Assembly (NCBI GenBank): GCA_964247055.1
Contig: OZ176050.1
Span: 15,128,001-15,192,000 of the forward strand
Direction of reading: 5' to 3'
Length of the DNA stretch: 64,000 nucleotides
Source of the DNA: Paragordius varius
Lineage: Eukaryota > Animalia > Nematomorpha
In this document: positions 25,501 through 36,864 of the stretch, in pieces
How positions within the stretch are numbered: the stretch's first letter is position 1
Layout: every line of letters begins with the position of its first letter
Translations under genes and position numbers: made by a program
Notes under the pieces: generated by a model
Database searches by the model: none
Told to the model about the DNA's origin: nothing
What the model saw: the letters and a program-made list of their open reading frames with translations, nothing else

Positions 25501-28296
25501 TTTTACATTCAAATTACCTAAATTTACGGGAAACATATTTTAAAGTTGTTTTATAGATAATTAAACAAACATAATTTATTAAGCTTTTTTTGTCTTATAT
25601 AAATGCAATCAAAATATAAAACTAAATAATTCTCCATATTTAGGGTTATATTTTTTTAGTTACGTACTCAGATTTTAAACAAAATTATTTCTCAATTTTT
25701 AATTAATGTTGCATATTATTATTATTCAAAGTTTATTTGACCACAAAAAATAAAAAATTTTGTTGAATTAGCTAAGTTAGTTTAGTTTAAAGCTTCACAA
25801 AAGCGAATAAATAGTTCAATATTTTGAATTTACAATTTAATAACGCAAGTAAAAATTTCACATTAAAACAATATAAATAGCCTAAAATAAAAAATCTGCA
25901 TTAAACCAAAAAATAAGATTATGTCAACTTTAAGTTTGCATATTTGTAACTCTTTCCCTCAATTAAAGGAATAAAAAATAGACAATCTAATAATGATAGC
26001 AAAACTTGAACCATAAACCTAAAAAATTTTATAATAATAGAAAAGATACCTTGTTTAACCAATATGTCAGTAATTTGAGATACAAATTGCCTTTTTTCGC
26101 ATATAATTGCAATATTAATGTCATCCTTAAATAAGGATTCTAACATACGAATCAATATTGGTTGGCGAGTTTTCTCAATAATTAATAACCTATAAAAAAT
26201 GAATCATGTTTAATTTTATTACACTTAAAAAATAAAATTTTCAAATAAAAAATAATATATCAGTTATACAAATCTTGTAACTGGTTGATAAGAAAAAAAC
26301 TAAATAAAAATAAAGATTATTTTAAAACGTAAAACCATACAGACAAATATTTGTTTTCAAAAGGCAGCAACCATACCTTTATAAACCTTAATTTTTTCTA
26401 TATAAATTATTTAATCGAAATTGTAAAACTAATGGACAATCGAAATGATTTATAAAAAAGTACAGCGGTCTTTGAAAAACAGTTTGTCTTTATATCTTTA
26501 CGAGTTGTCCGTATAATTCAATTTTTACTGTGTGTGGGTAAAGGATATTTTTGTTTTATAAAAATTCTTTATTAAAAAAAATTAATTGAAGACCTCTAAA
26601 ACCAATAAGACAATAAAAATTAAAATTAAACGGATACAAAACGTAAAAATATAGGGATAATATTTTTCTCTGAAAACAACCATACTTTAAATATTCATTT
26701 TTTTTAAATACAACTCCTTATTTAATATTGTAAAGTGTGAAATATATTATATATTACTAAAACAATCAATTTGATATTTTACCATTATATTTAAATAGCT
26801 TAGAGGAAAAATTAGAAAAAATATTTGTCTTTATATTTTTCGGATTTGTCCGTATAATTTCAACATTTACTGTAAATCTCATTAGATTCAAAAATTTAAA
26901 ATTAATTATTAATAAAACTTGATAATTTTGGTATAGAGTTGTGCAAAAGAACAAACATTGTCTGTCATATAAATATTGATTTGAGAGAAGGATGGCGTAT
27001 TTATTACCGATAAATATAATTTACAAGCAGTTATCTATACATATAATATAGTACAAAACATTCTTTATATTTTTATTCCTTAAATATAAATAAAAAAGCA
27101 TAGTATTGAATAAAACATTATTGCCTTATACTTTAAAGTTTTAAAAGTACAAGATAAATTGAAAATATGGACGAAATATAAAGACAAATATTTTTTCTAA
27201 AAGACAATATTTTAAATATTTATTTTATATTTAAGTAATAAACAGAGATGTAAATTGGTAACACAATCAATTATGTTTTTTAGCTTGTATTAAAATGGTT
27301 TTTATAGGCATTAAGCTTTAAAAAAGTATGGGTCTTTAAAAAAAATATTTGTCCTTATATTTTTACTTTTTGTCCGTATAATTTCTATTTCTACTATATT
27401 TATATATATTATTTCTGTTAATTTTATATTATTTATAATATATTGCTATATCAATAATATGTAAAAATCCGTTTTCTTACCAGTATAATTGGTCGAATTA
27501 AAATCTAAAATATTTTCTTAAGAAAAAATGTACAATAATAAAAGGAAATATTAATTTATGAAAGATCAAATATTTGTATCGTATCAAATACAAATGCAAG
27601 TTAATTCATATTTAAAACTTAGTACATTTGATAATCAGAGATAATTGGTTATTAAAAAGAATATACCAATCTTGCATGATCTGAGGGTGAACTTTCGTCA
27701 TAACAGAAATTTAACAATTTAAACGTTCTGATTATTGGTGAAATAGTTTGTGGGTTTTGACTTACGATTGAATCAAATTGCTTTCTCCATTCAAGTTTCT
27801 AAAGATCATAAATTAATTTACCATATTTTTTCTGGCAATAAAACTTCTGACATGTGATTGTATTGTAGTTACAGCCCGATTCAGCAACCTTAAATGCTAA
27901 ACATACACGAAAAAATAAATTAAAAAGACAAACCATAAATATTGAAAGACTTATATTTTAATTTCTAAAAACGTCATACTTGTCAAAAACATAATTCCTA
28001 TATAATTTTAAGGATTATTAACAACTGCGAGTGTTATCATTTCACATATCTATTCCTCCTTAACCCAATATTTAAAAATTGATTAATATATTTGTGTTTG
28101 TAAATATTATATATTTGTTTTGTCCAATAAATAAAATTTTTACGGTAATATATTTTGATAAAAATCGTAATACTTCTCTTTGTTGACGAGCTTCGTGAGT
28201 TTTTTCCAGCAAAGTTGATTTATCCGAAGATTTACTGGCCCCTCGTAAAGATTGTTCCAATTTTCTATCTACCTTTCCTTCAAATAAGTTTTGCAT
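12963..28296 (-). CDS. UBE3C: UBE3C-like HECT E3 ubiquitin ligase with N-terminal IQ motif, about 20 exons
   Basis: N-terminus MQNLFEGKVDRKLEQSLRGASKSSDKSTLLEKTHEARQQRE matches the UBE3B/C start. IQ-like TIQSHVRSFIARK. HECT motifs IRRSHLYEDSFQKLSP, EAGIDGGGIFREFL, FLGRMLGKAIYE, LLKFVTSCGSPPLLGFK and LPTASTCMHLLKLPPY...KLLYAITSQSGFELS* with the catalytic Cys. Exons followed through GT-AG junctions. Confidence 0.93.
14698..14997. mobile_element. Tc1/mariner-type MITE (abundant family), full-length copy
   Basis: TA|CAGTAAAAATTGAAATT...GGACAAAACG left end and its reverse complement ...CGTTTTGTCCGTATAATTTCAATTTTTACTG|TA right end. TA target duplication; no coding capacity. Confidence 0.8.
14846..14881. 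repeat. (TA)n microsatellite inside a MITE
   Basis: Perfect TA run. Confidence 0.9.
19064..19103. repeat. (TA)n microsatellite
   Basis: Perfect TA run. Confidence 0.9.
19760..20004. mobile_element. Tc1/mariner-type MITE, same family
   Basis: TA-CAGTAAAAATT...TTTTTACTG-TA termini with the internal AAAGACCATACTTTTT / AAAAAGTATGG inverted pair. Confidence 0.8.
22516..22556. repeat. (TA)n microsatellite
   Basis: Perfect TA run. Confidence 0.9.
27799..27821 (-). other. 23-nt GT-AG micro-intron in UBE3C
   Basis: Minus-strand GTAAATTAATTTATGATCTTTAG separates ...ARKNM from KLEWRKQFDS. Read-through hits TAA at the third codon. Confidence 0.85.
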
Positions 28297-29029
28297 TACA
28301 AAAATAAACAGTATCAGTATCAGTAACTATAGTATTTAATTACATATGTTTTAATTTATGCATTCTCAGACAATGCTGTAATCGGACTTTGAACGCATAA
28401 ATAGTTTTAAAAAATTATTTTGATTGAAATAGAAAGTGCCAACTCATAACTTCCATACAGATCGTAGTTATTGCTCTTGTACTAATTTTGTATATACATA
28501 ACTTAAAATTGATAAAAATTTTAATTTTTAAAATAATAATATCGACGCATCTTGTTTTACAATATTTCAAAATATCAGCCTTCATAAAGGATTAAAAACT
28601 TTACCAAGTCTTTATTACTTTTTTAGTTTATCTTTTCGGGTAGTTTTACATCAGTCAAATTTGGTAAAATTTTTTGGCGAAAGCTAACTGCTTCATTAAA
28701 AAATATTTACCAGTTCAGACCTTTAGAAGTAGTTTTTATTCCAAAGCGATAAAAATCCAATAAAAATATTTAGGGTATTGAGTTGAATTTAAAAATATGT
28801 TGTAACATTTCGATTAAAATTACCCCAGACAAAATTTAAGTTAAGATTATTAAAAAACTCCTGAAGTTGTCCCAATTTAAATTTATGCTTCTGTCCAATA
28901 AAAATTATATAATTATGCCAAAATATCTAAATAAAATTTTGTTTTGATAAAAAAGTTCTATGTCAAACTACTTCAACGCCATTTTTATTTAGCTAAATTT
29001 TAACAAAATATCGTCTTCATTAATTTTAA

Positions 29030-29722
29030 CACTTGGATACAGCACATTCATTTCCGTCCTTCGATACAAATTGGGGTAGTTGGATGCCCCAGGCCTGTTT
29101 AAAATTAAATATTTCATAAAATATGGAATGAATTGAAATTATGGCAAAATTTGCACTCATATGACACTAATAAACCAAAATATATAAAAAAGTTTATTCA
29201 AAAAACTTGATAGTATTTATTTTAAGATAAAACCTCATGGTAAAAATTAGTCAACATGACATGTGTGCATATTTAAATATTTCGGCTTAATATAATTTAT
29301 AACGAGATAGAAGCACAAATTTGAATTGGGTGTGTTTCTATAAGTAGTGGGGTATTTAGATACTCCAATTCGAATTGATGTGTTAAGGGAAAAATTAAAG
29401 CAAATTTTTTATTTAAATTACATCAAACATTAATAGAATTAGAAAAAGCGGTTTATTTTGTAATCTTTTAAATTTTACCATTGCGCACATGCCACGTTGA
29501 CTAAATTTTTACCTTTCGGTTTTAGCTTAAAATAAGCAATATTAAGTATTTTTGAATAAATTATTTTTTATATTTTGGTTTAATAATGTTGTATAGGTGC
29601 AAAATTTTGCCATGGTTTTGATTCCTTCCATATATTTTAAAGAAGTTAATTTTAAACAGGCCTGGGGTATTTAACTACCCCTATTGAATCGAAGACTAAA
29701 AAGAGTGTGTTGTATCCGAGTG
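29030..29722. mobile_element. piggyBac-like non-autonomous element (MITE) with long inverted arms
   Basis: TTAA at 29026-29029 and 29723-29726. Termini CACTTGGATAC / GTATCCGAGTG. Imperfect inverted arms of about 260 bp (e.g. CCCCAGGCCTGTTTAAAATTAA vs TTAATTTTAAACAGGCCTGGGG). A related right end with TTAA lies at about 60165-60238. Confidence 0.72.
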
Positions 29723-30086
29723 TTAATCAAAGGACTGAAATATATGCGTTGTATCCAAATTTTAAGGCGCATGCTTAATAATTTTTTCAACTTGATTGTA
29801 AAAATATCCTCATTTTGAACTTTTTCATCGCCATTTTTCAATTTAATCTTTTTCGCAATGTGTATTAATAAATGTCGTGCCCTCTTAAAAAAGCGTTGCT
29901 TTTAATTAAATGATTATACCACAGAGGTTAAATATAATTTAACTCTCATTTAAGATAAGAACCAAAGCCAAAAGCACCATTATAGATATTTTTTAAAATA
30001 TACAATATTTTTTTAATATTTGTTTAGTAGCTTATACAATAATAGCAGTTTAAATATCATATGTTATTCCCTGTTTCATATTTTCC

Positions 30087-30409
30087 ATGCTTACGGCTTC
30101 ATTAGTCGAAAATTTGATACTTAAAACTTTCCCAAAATCAAAATTGGTAATTATATTTTAATTTATTTTTAATTATAAAATTTTAATTTCATTATTATTA
30201 AAATATTTTAGCTTATAAAAGATTTAAGCAGTGGTTGTGGAACCAGTTTTGAGGTGCTTATAATATCCGATCAATTTTCAAACAAATCTCTCCTACAACG
30301 CCATCGAATGGTAAATGATAGTTTAAAAGATGTCATGTCGGATATTCATGCCCTAACTATCAAAGCTTATACTATGGAAGAAAGTGTCACAAAAGCTATT
30401 CACGTTTAA
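30087..30409 (+). CDS. BolA-family protein (BOLA2-like), 85 aa. Exons 30087-30146 and 30212-30409; absent from the ORF track
   Basis: MLTASLVENLILKTFPKSKL|LIKDLSSGCGTSFEVLIISDQFSNKSLLQRHRMVNDSLKDVMSDIHALTIKAYT... carries the BolA SxGCG, F-x-x-K-x-L-L-x-R-H-R-M-V-N and IHAL motifs. 65-nt GT-AG phase-0 intron. Confidence 0.9.
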
Positions 30410-31140
30410 TCGTTAAAAATACTAATTTAAAACCCAGTTGATTTTACATTTTCTAATCTACATCTTGCTACTTATATTCATCCACAAATTACAACTTTTT
30501 ATTTTCTTATGGATTTTGAAACTTGGTATCCTCTGATTCTTAAAACGGCTATAACTGGGTGTGGAATAACAGGATTATATATATTGGGTAAAATTCATTT
30601 ATTTTTTTGAAATTGTAATTTTTTGAACGCCATTATGAACTAATTACATTAAATAATCCGATAGCATATTAAATTATGTAAAAAACCTAAAAAATAATTA
30701 ATTCTTGGTTACTGAATAATTTTTTGAGTAAATCTAGATATGAAAATTCATGTAATTAAGGGCAAATAAAATTAATATTTATATTCAATTTTATTTTGAA
30801 TTTTGTTCAAAGAATATTAATAGAAAATACATAAAATTTCCCCGAGTTTTAATTATTGCGGAGGGCGTGTCCTTGGCTCAAAATATAGTTTGACATCTTT
30901 TTATGACTCCGAATGGCATCAATCTTATTTTCAAATCAATTGTCTAAATTTTAATTTATTTAAGTTGTTTGTTTTATTTTTATTTGATTACATTCTATAA
31001 TCAAAGCCTCTTGAAATAAAAAATACATATATTTTGATAATTTAAAAGAAAAATGTAAAATTAGGTAAAACAGAAAGAATTTAAAATATGCAAAAATAAA
31101 CATAAATTATTTTTACGATAAAAAAAAATAAAATTTTGAC

Positions 31141-32819
31141 ATGGTTAAGGGTAAATTTGAGACTTTAAAAATGGGTGCCACTTGGACTTACAAAGATTCC
31201 CCAAAAAATAATTATTCTGTAAATATAATAATAATTTTTTAATGAATTATTTCTATATCCAATTTTGTGTTTACGAAAATAAATGCGTTTTTATCGATTG
31301 AGAAATCGTTTCGATTGACAGGAAAAACGTTTTATAGACTGGCAAATGAGCATATTATAAAGATAATCATATATGATTTGAATTTTCTGAAATTTCGCCC
31401 TAAACTATAATTTATATATTGAAAAGAAAGTTTTGATTTAATGTCCTTAAAATTAGTGTTGTACCTTCTTTAGAATTTTACTGTTTTAATACTCTATTTA
31501 GTAAAATCATTACAACTGACACAATCTTATACGGATGCCAACCAAATCGCCCCCGAATTCCTGGCCCATTAAATAATGTTTCGCGGCGTTTTAATGAACG
31601 TTTTTGATGATGGTGGCGACAATATTTATCTTTTTATCCGCCATATTCCAGTCTTTACTATGCATAATGCTCTCCTTCACGTTGCTCAATTCATAAAATT
31701 TGTCCAAAACAAAGGTTTAATATCCGCCCTTTTCGATTCTACCGCATTTAAAGAGGACACTATTCTAACTGAATATAATAGTAATCTGACTCTTTCTTTG
31801 TGGGGTCTGACTGCTAACCACCTGAATACGAATGCCATGACATACCTTAAACGACACTATTTAAACCATTACATCTACTTCCAATTGTTAACCAATGGTA
31901 TATAATTAAAATACTTGTTTTAATAGATTAATTACACTGGACAACAAATTTTTCTGCCACTCGAGTTTTTTGCATTTTCGGATATTTAGTATCATTTTAA
32001 GAGTAAATCTGAAATAAAAATTATAACTCGATGGAAGAATTTTGTATAATTTATTTTTTTGATTATGCGCCCTCTTTATCAAAATAATCTTAAAAAAACA
32101 CAATGAATTTTAGGGTAAATTTGAATTGTTCAAGGGTTTTATGGTATATAATATATTTTTAGATAATTAAAATGATCAATATCCTTATTTTAAGTTTACA
32201 TGTTTTTAATCTATGCTTTAAAAACTATGATGTTAAAGATAAATTTGCAGATTAGACAACTATTTATTAATTATATGACATTATAGAGAAGCAAGGCACA
32301 AATACGGTGGAACACACACCTTGCATCTTATATAATTGTGCCAAAGTCAAACAGTTTAACAAAGTTTTGTTGGAGTTAGGCTTAGCTCGTGTTAATGATA
32401 ATCAGCTACAGGCGCATTTAATTTCCTCCTCCCCATCTATTATTGGCCACAATAATAATAAGCAAGAAATGATGGAATTTATACATAGCATTCGTGCTTA
32501 CTATGATGTAACCTATTGTAACCCTAACCCTAAGACAGTTAAAAACGACAAAAAAAGGTTTTTTTCCATTCCACCATACCTTTGGAATCATTATAAATTG
32601 CATTATGAACAGCGCATAGCTCTTGGCTTATATGCCTCACAGAATAAGGCTCAAAGGCGTAAAATTGGATATTGGAAAGAGGAGCTATCTTCAACCAACC
32701 ATAAAAAAATGTATATCAGAAATGTGCTTCGATCATCGTCAAAAATCAAGGATACCTTAAATTTACCAATAAGTAGTGGTTTTAAAAGTTTTATAAAGAA
32801 AATATTATTAAAATTTTGA
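31141..32819 (+). CDS. C3orf33-like protein (SNase-like fold) with an in-frame TAA at 31570-31572. Exons 31474-31897 and 32287-32819; first exon 31141-31218 tentative
   Basis: Spliced product resembles recalled human C3orf33: VKSLQLTQSYTDANQIAPEFLAH*IMFRG (cf. LRSIRLTSKFTSSSDIPVEFIRRNVKLRG), FIRHIP, YFQLL, FNKVLLELGLAR, LYASQNKAQRRKIGYWKEE (cf. LLKAELTALKKGEGIWKE). The phase-1 GT-AG intron 31898-32286 joins the two track ORFs. Confidence 0.75.
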
Positions 32820-33775
32820 AATAAATTTATTTTGAATATATTGTTAACTAACAAAGGCGAATCAACACATTTAAATTTATATATTTAATCCTCATATAAT
32901 ACAAATTATTGCGTTTTTTTAACCACATGATTTTTTCACACTATTTTAGAGATTGATTTGACTTAATTAGTTTATAGATATGATTACATTACATAATTCA
33001 AATAAATTTGTATTCATTTCATTATTTATTTTATCTCGCATAACCAAGTGGCAGAACACTGAATATTCATATAAAAAGAATATTTTAATATTCATTGAGC
33101 CTTATCGATATTGTTGACGTGGTGCAGATCGTTTTTAAATTAAAAATGAAGGGAATATTGATTTACATAAATCCGCGCAATCTCTGTTGTTGCAATAAAT
33201 TTTTTTATTTTAAATAATTGTTCGAATGTGACAATTTTCACCACTAAACGGGGTACATATTTTATTGTTGACAATTTCTCGTTTATTTACATTTTGTGGT
33301 AATAAAATATTATTTTGTATGAATAGCCGTTTAATTTTAAGGCAGCTGACGTTTTATCTTAAATTTATTTAAGTAAATTTTTTCAGTGGCTATTCCAAGA
33401 TTCTTTTATAAAAACGCGACGCAAACTTATTCAAAACCTAAAAATTGGATGGTACGAAATTTCAATTATTTTGTAAAGAGTCAACAGTTTGGGATTTATT
33501 ATTCTCAAATGATTTTCTTTTTCTTAGAAAGAGGCCTAACTTATTCATTTTAAATTGCTACAACTCAAAAAAGGTTTGTAGATCATTTTTACATCAATAA
33601 CCAATTATTCTGTTCCTTCAATAGAAATTTTTTAAAAGAACGAAATTGGGAATTTGGCATCAAAAGTAGCGGTTTTCTCTAATATTTTTTTCTGTTATAT
33701 TATAAACAAAACTCTTTAAAAGATTTTTTTCGCAAATTTTTCTTTCCTGTGCCAATTAATAATAGCTATAAAATA

Positions 33776-35275
33776 CTAGCGTAAATCTCGTGCTGCTACG
33801 AAGCCCAAGGAAGTCCTTCGGACTTCTGGGGGGGGGGGGGGCTATTTGAAAAAAGGGACAATAAAATAATCCACATATGTGGATTATTATGAAACACTAT
33901 TTAATAGCTAAGATTTCATAAGAATTTAAAAACGGTGCATTCATACTAATATAATGTTTACTTGGGCGAAAAATAGATTCAAAAAATTTATTTTGTGGAC
34001 AATTTTTTTTGAAAAAAATGGCATTATACGGGGGGAGCGGGTAAAAAGAGGCCATTAAAAAGCGACACGATATGTTCGACGCAATTGAAAATAAGTAAAC
34101 AAAAATCATATTTTGAATTTTAATGGTCAAACACGTTCTCCGGAAAATTATCTCAAGGACACACACGATTTTTGTGGATTTCTCTCAAAAAAACCCGTTA
34201 TTTATGCGGCACGAAGTTTTAAAATAATTTACATAGTCTCATAAGTTTTCTGAAATTTGGTTCCAAAATGCTGTATCGATATGATGGCGCAGTTATAGGC
34301 GGGTAGCCCCCTACCCAGAGGCAATATAAAAATGTAGTTAGATAATATTTGCCTTTATACCTGGAATCATCGTTCATTCCTAATAGTTTATGGAAGAATG
34401 GCTTCATAACTAAATAATAGTTTGATGATAGCGCATTTTTTAGGGCGTAAAGGGCCTATTTAACGGCTAATTTAAAAAACCCGCTCGACTAATATTTTTG
34501 ACTTTTTACGGGTAATACTTTAAGCAGCTATTGAACTCATATGGCCTGATATGTTTTCCGAAATTTAGCCCCAAAATCACGCTATTTCGATATGACGGGT
34601 CAGATTTTCGCCAGGTAGCTCCTTACCCAGCAGATATCATCTAAGAAACGCTTGACTAAAATTATAGCCTTTTAACAGGGAATACGTAAAATCTATATTG
34701 AATTTTTCCTACCTTGGGCAAAAAATAGATTCAAAAAATTATTTTTGTGTACTGATTTTTTTTGAAAAAATTGCATTTTACGGGGGAAACGGCTAAAAAG
34801 AGGGCCTAAATTAAAAAAGCGAGACGACTATGTTCGTCGCAATCAAAAAAAGTAAACAAAAATGATATTTGAAATTGAATGATATAACACGTTCTCCGGT
34901 AAATTGCCTCAAAGACAGGATTTTTGTGGACTTCTGTTTTCCGGGGGAAGCGGGTAAAAAGAGGGTTTAAAAAAAGCGAGACGACTATGTTCGTCGCAAT
35001 CGAAAAAAAGTAAACAAAAATGATATTTGAAATTGAATGGTCCAAACGTTCTCCGGAAAATTGTCTCATAGACAGGATTTTTGTGGACTTCTGTTTTCAA
35101 AAAACCCGTTTTAACGGGGCGGGCCCGAACTGGGGGTTTAATTCAAAAATAAGCGAAGATATTGTCGAAGCATTCATTATATTATATTTTTTCGACATTT
35201 GAATTTGAATGGGTCTACCGGTTTTCCGGAAACAGATCACAAAGCCAGCATTTTCCATTTTTATAAATATATAGA
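33776..35275 (-). mobile_element. Non-autonomous Helitron, copy 1
   Basis: On the minus strand: A|TCTATATATTTATAAAAATGG 5' end, subterminal hairpin GAAGTCC-GAA-GGACTTC, and 3' end ...GAGATTTACGCTAG|T. Inserted between A and T with no target duplication. Internal imperfect tandem subrepeats. Confidence 0.8.
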
Positions 35276-36562
35276 TGATATAAAAATTTAACTCATTATT
35301 GTGCGATTTCATGTTCTGTATAATTCTAATTAAAAACTTCTAATTGAGCATCATAATATCTTAAATTTTGTTTTAGATTCAGTAATTTTATATTATATTA
35401 AGGCATTAGCAATAGGTTTTTGGGCGATGACCTGAATATCAGCTCTTATACTCGGATATTTACCTAGAACCCTAAAAAGCAGTTAAATAATTGTCAAAGA
35501 GCTCTAAAGTTTGCAACTAATAAAATATATTTTACGCTATCTATCGATACATTTTTCTAATCATAATAAAAGTTACTTGTCTACAAATAGAATCAAGGTC
35601 TACAATACTTATAATATTATACGATTGGGGTTCAATTAAAAATCTACTTATATATCATAATTATTCACATATATCCTAACCGCTAAAGCTCAAAAATAAA
35701 ACCTAAACTTAGTTGAAAACCATAATATTAGGCATTTTGATCCATTTACAAGATCCATTTAAATGTATCATTGTAAAATAAAAAATTAATATAATATATA
35801 CAGTAAAAACTGAAATTATGCGGACAAAACGTAAAATATAAAGTAACATGTTGTAAAAGACAACCATACTTTTTAAATCATGATTTATTTCATATAACTT
35901 ATTGTTTTAATTGCCAAAGTGTGAATATATCTATCACAATTCTATATTTTACTATCGTAACTAAATATTTTATACGGGTAAAATTAAGGTTTAAAAAAGT
36001 ATGGTGGTCTTTTAGATAAAAATATTCGTCTTTATATTTTTACGTTTTGTCCGTATAATTTAATTTACCATAATTGTTAATAGAAATATTAGTTGAAGCC
36101 GTACTGCAGAAGCATAAAATGCGACTTAGGACCAAAGTCCCAAATGCTATCCTTTTTTATAGGCGTTTTACATATTTATAACATAGAATAAAAGTTGCTT
36201 AATAACCATAGATTCCCATAGATTAAAAATTACAATTGCATATTCTCTATTATTGACGGCCAATGAAACTAGTTTTCGATTTTTTTAATACATGATATCT
36301 TTGAGGTTTTTTCTGCTTTTGAAAACATGGATATATATTGATAATTACTGTTTTTGTAACGATTTTAGGATCTGGTAACCCAAACAAACTATCCATTAAT
36401 GTAAATTATTCACTTTGCCATATTTATTAATAATTAATTAAATCAAAGGTATTATGTGGAAAAATTATTCGGAAATCACAGTAAAAATACCCCACCCATC
36501 AATTCATAAAATTTTTGGGAATAAAATGTTAAAATATATAAAATAAAGTAAAGAAATTAGTA

Positions 36563-36849
36563 CAGTAAAAACTGATATTATACAGACAAAATGTAAAAAT
36601 AAAAAGACAATTTTTTTTCAAAAGACAACCATACTTTTTTAAAACTAAATTTATCCTTTAAAAAGATTTAATTACAATCGTAAAAGACAATTAATTATGT
36701 TACCAATTGACATTTCTATATGAAACTTTGTAGTTAAAACATTAAGTTATTAAAAATAAACAAGATTAAAAAAGTATAGTTGTCTTTTTGGAAAAAAATA
36801 TTTGTCTTTTTATTTTCAAGTTTTGTCCGTATAATTTTAATTTATACTG
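36563..36849. mobile_element. Tc1/mariner-type MITE, same family, just past the aminopeptidase stop codon
   Basis: TA-CAGTAAAAACTG...TTTATACTG-TA termini with about 80-bp inverted arms. Confidence 0.8.
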
Positions 36850-36864
36850 TAAATATCATCCATC

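Noticed and set aside
31570-31572. Genome-wide stop-codon reassignment
   Set aside because: TAA (BolA, UBE3C, aminopeptidase), TAG (OLA1) and TGA (PES1) all end genes at the expected positions, and no other internal stops were found in the five other genes.
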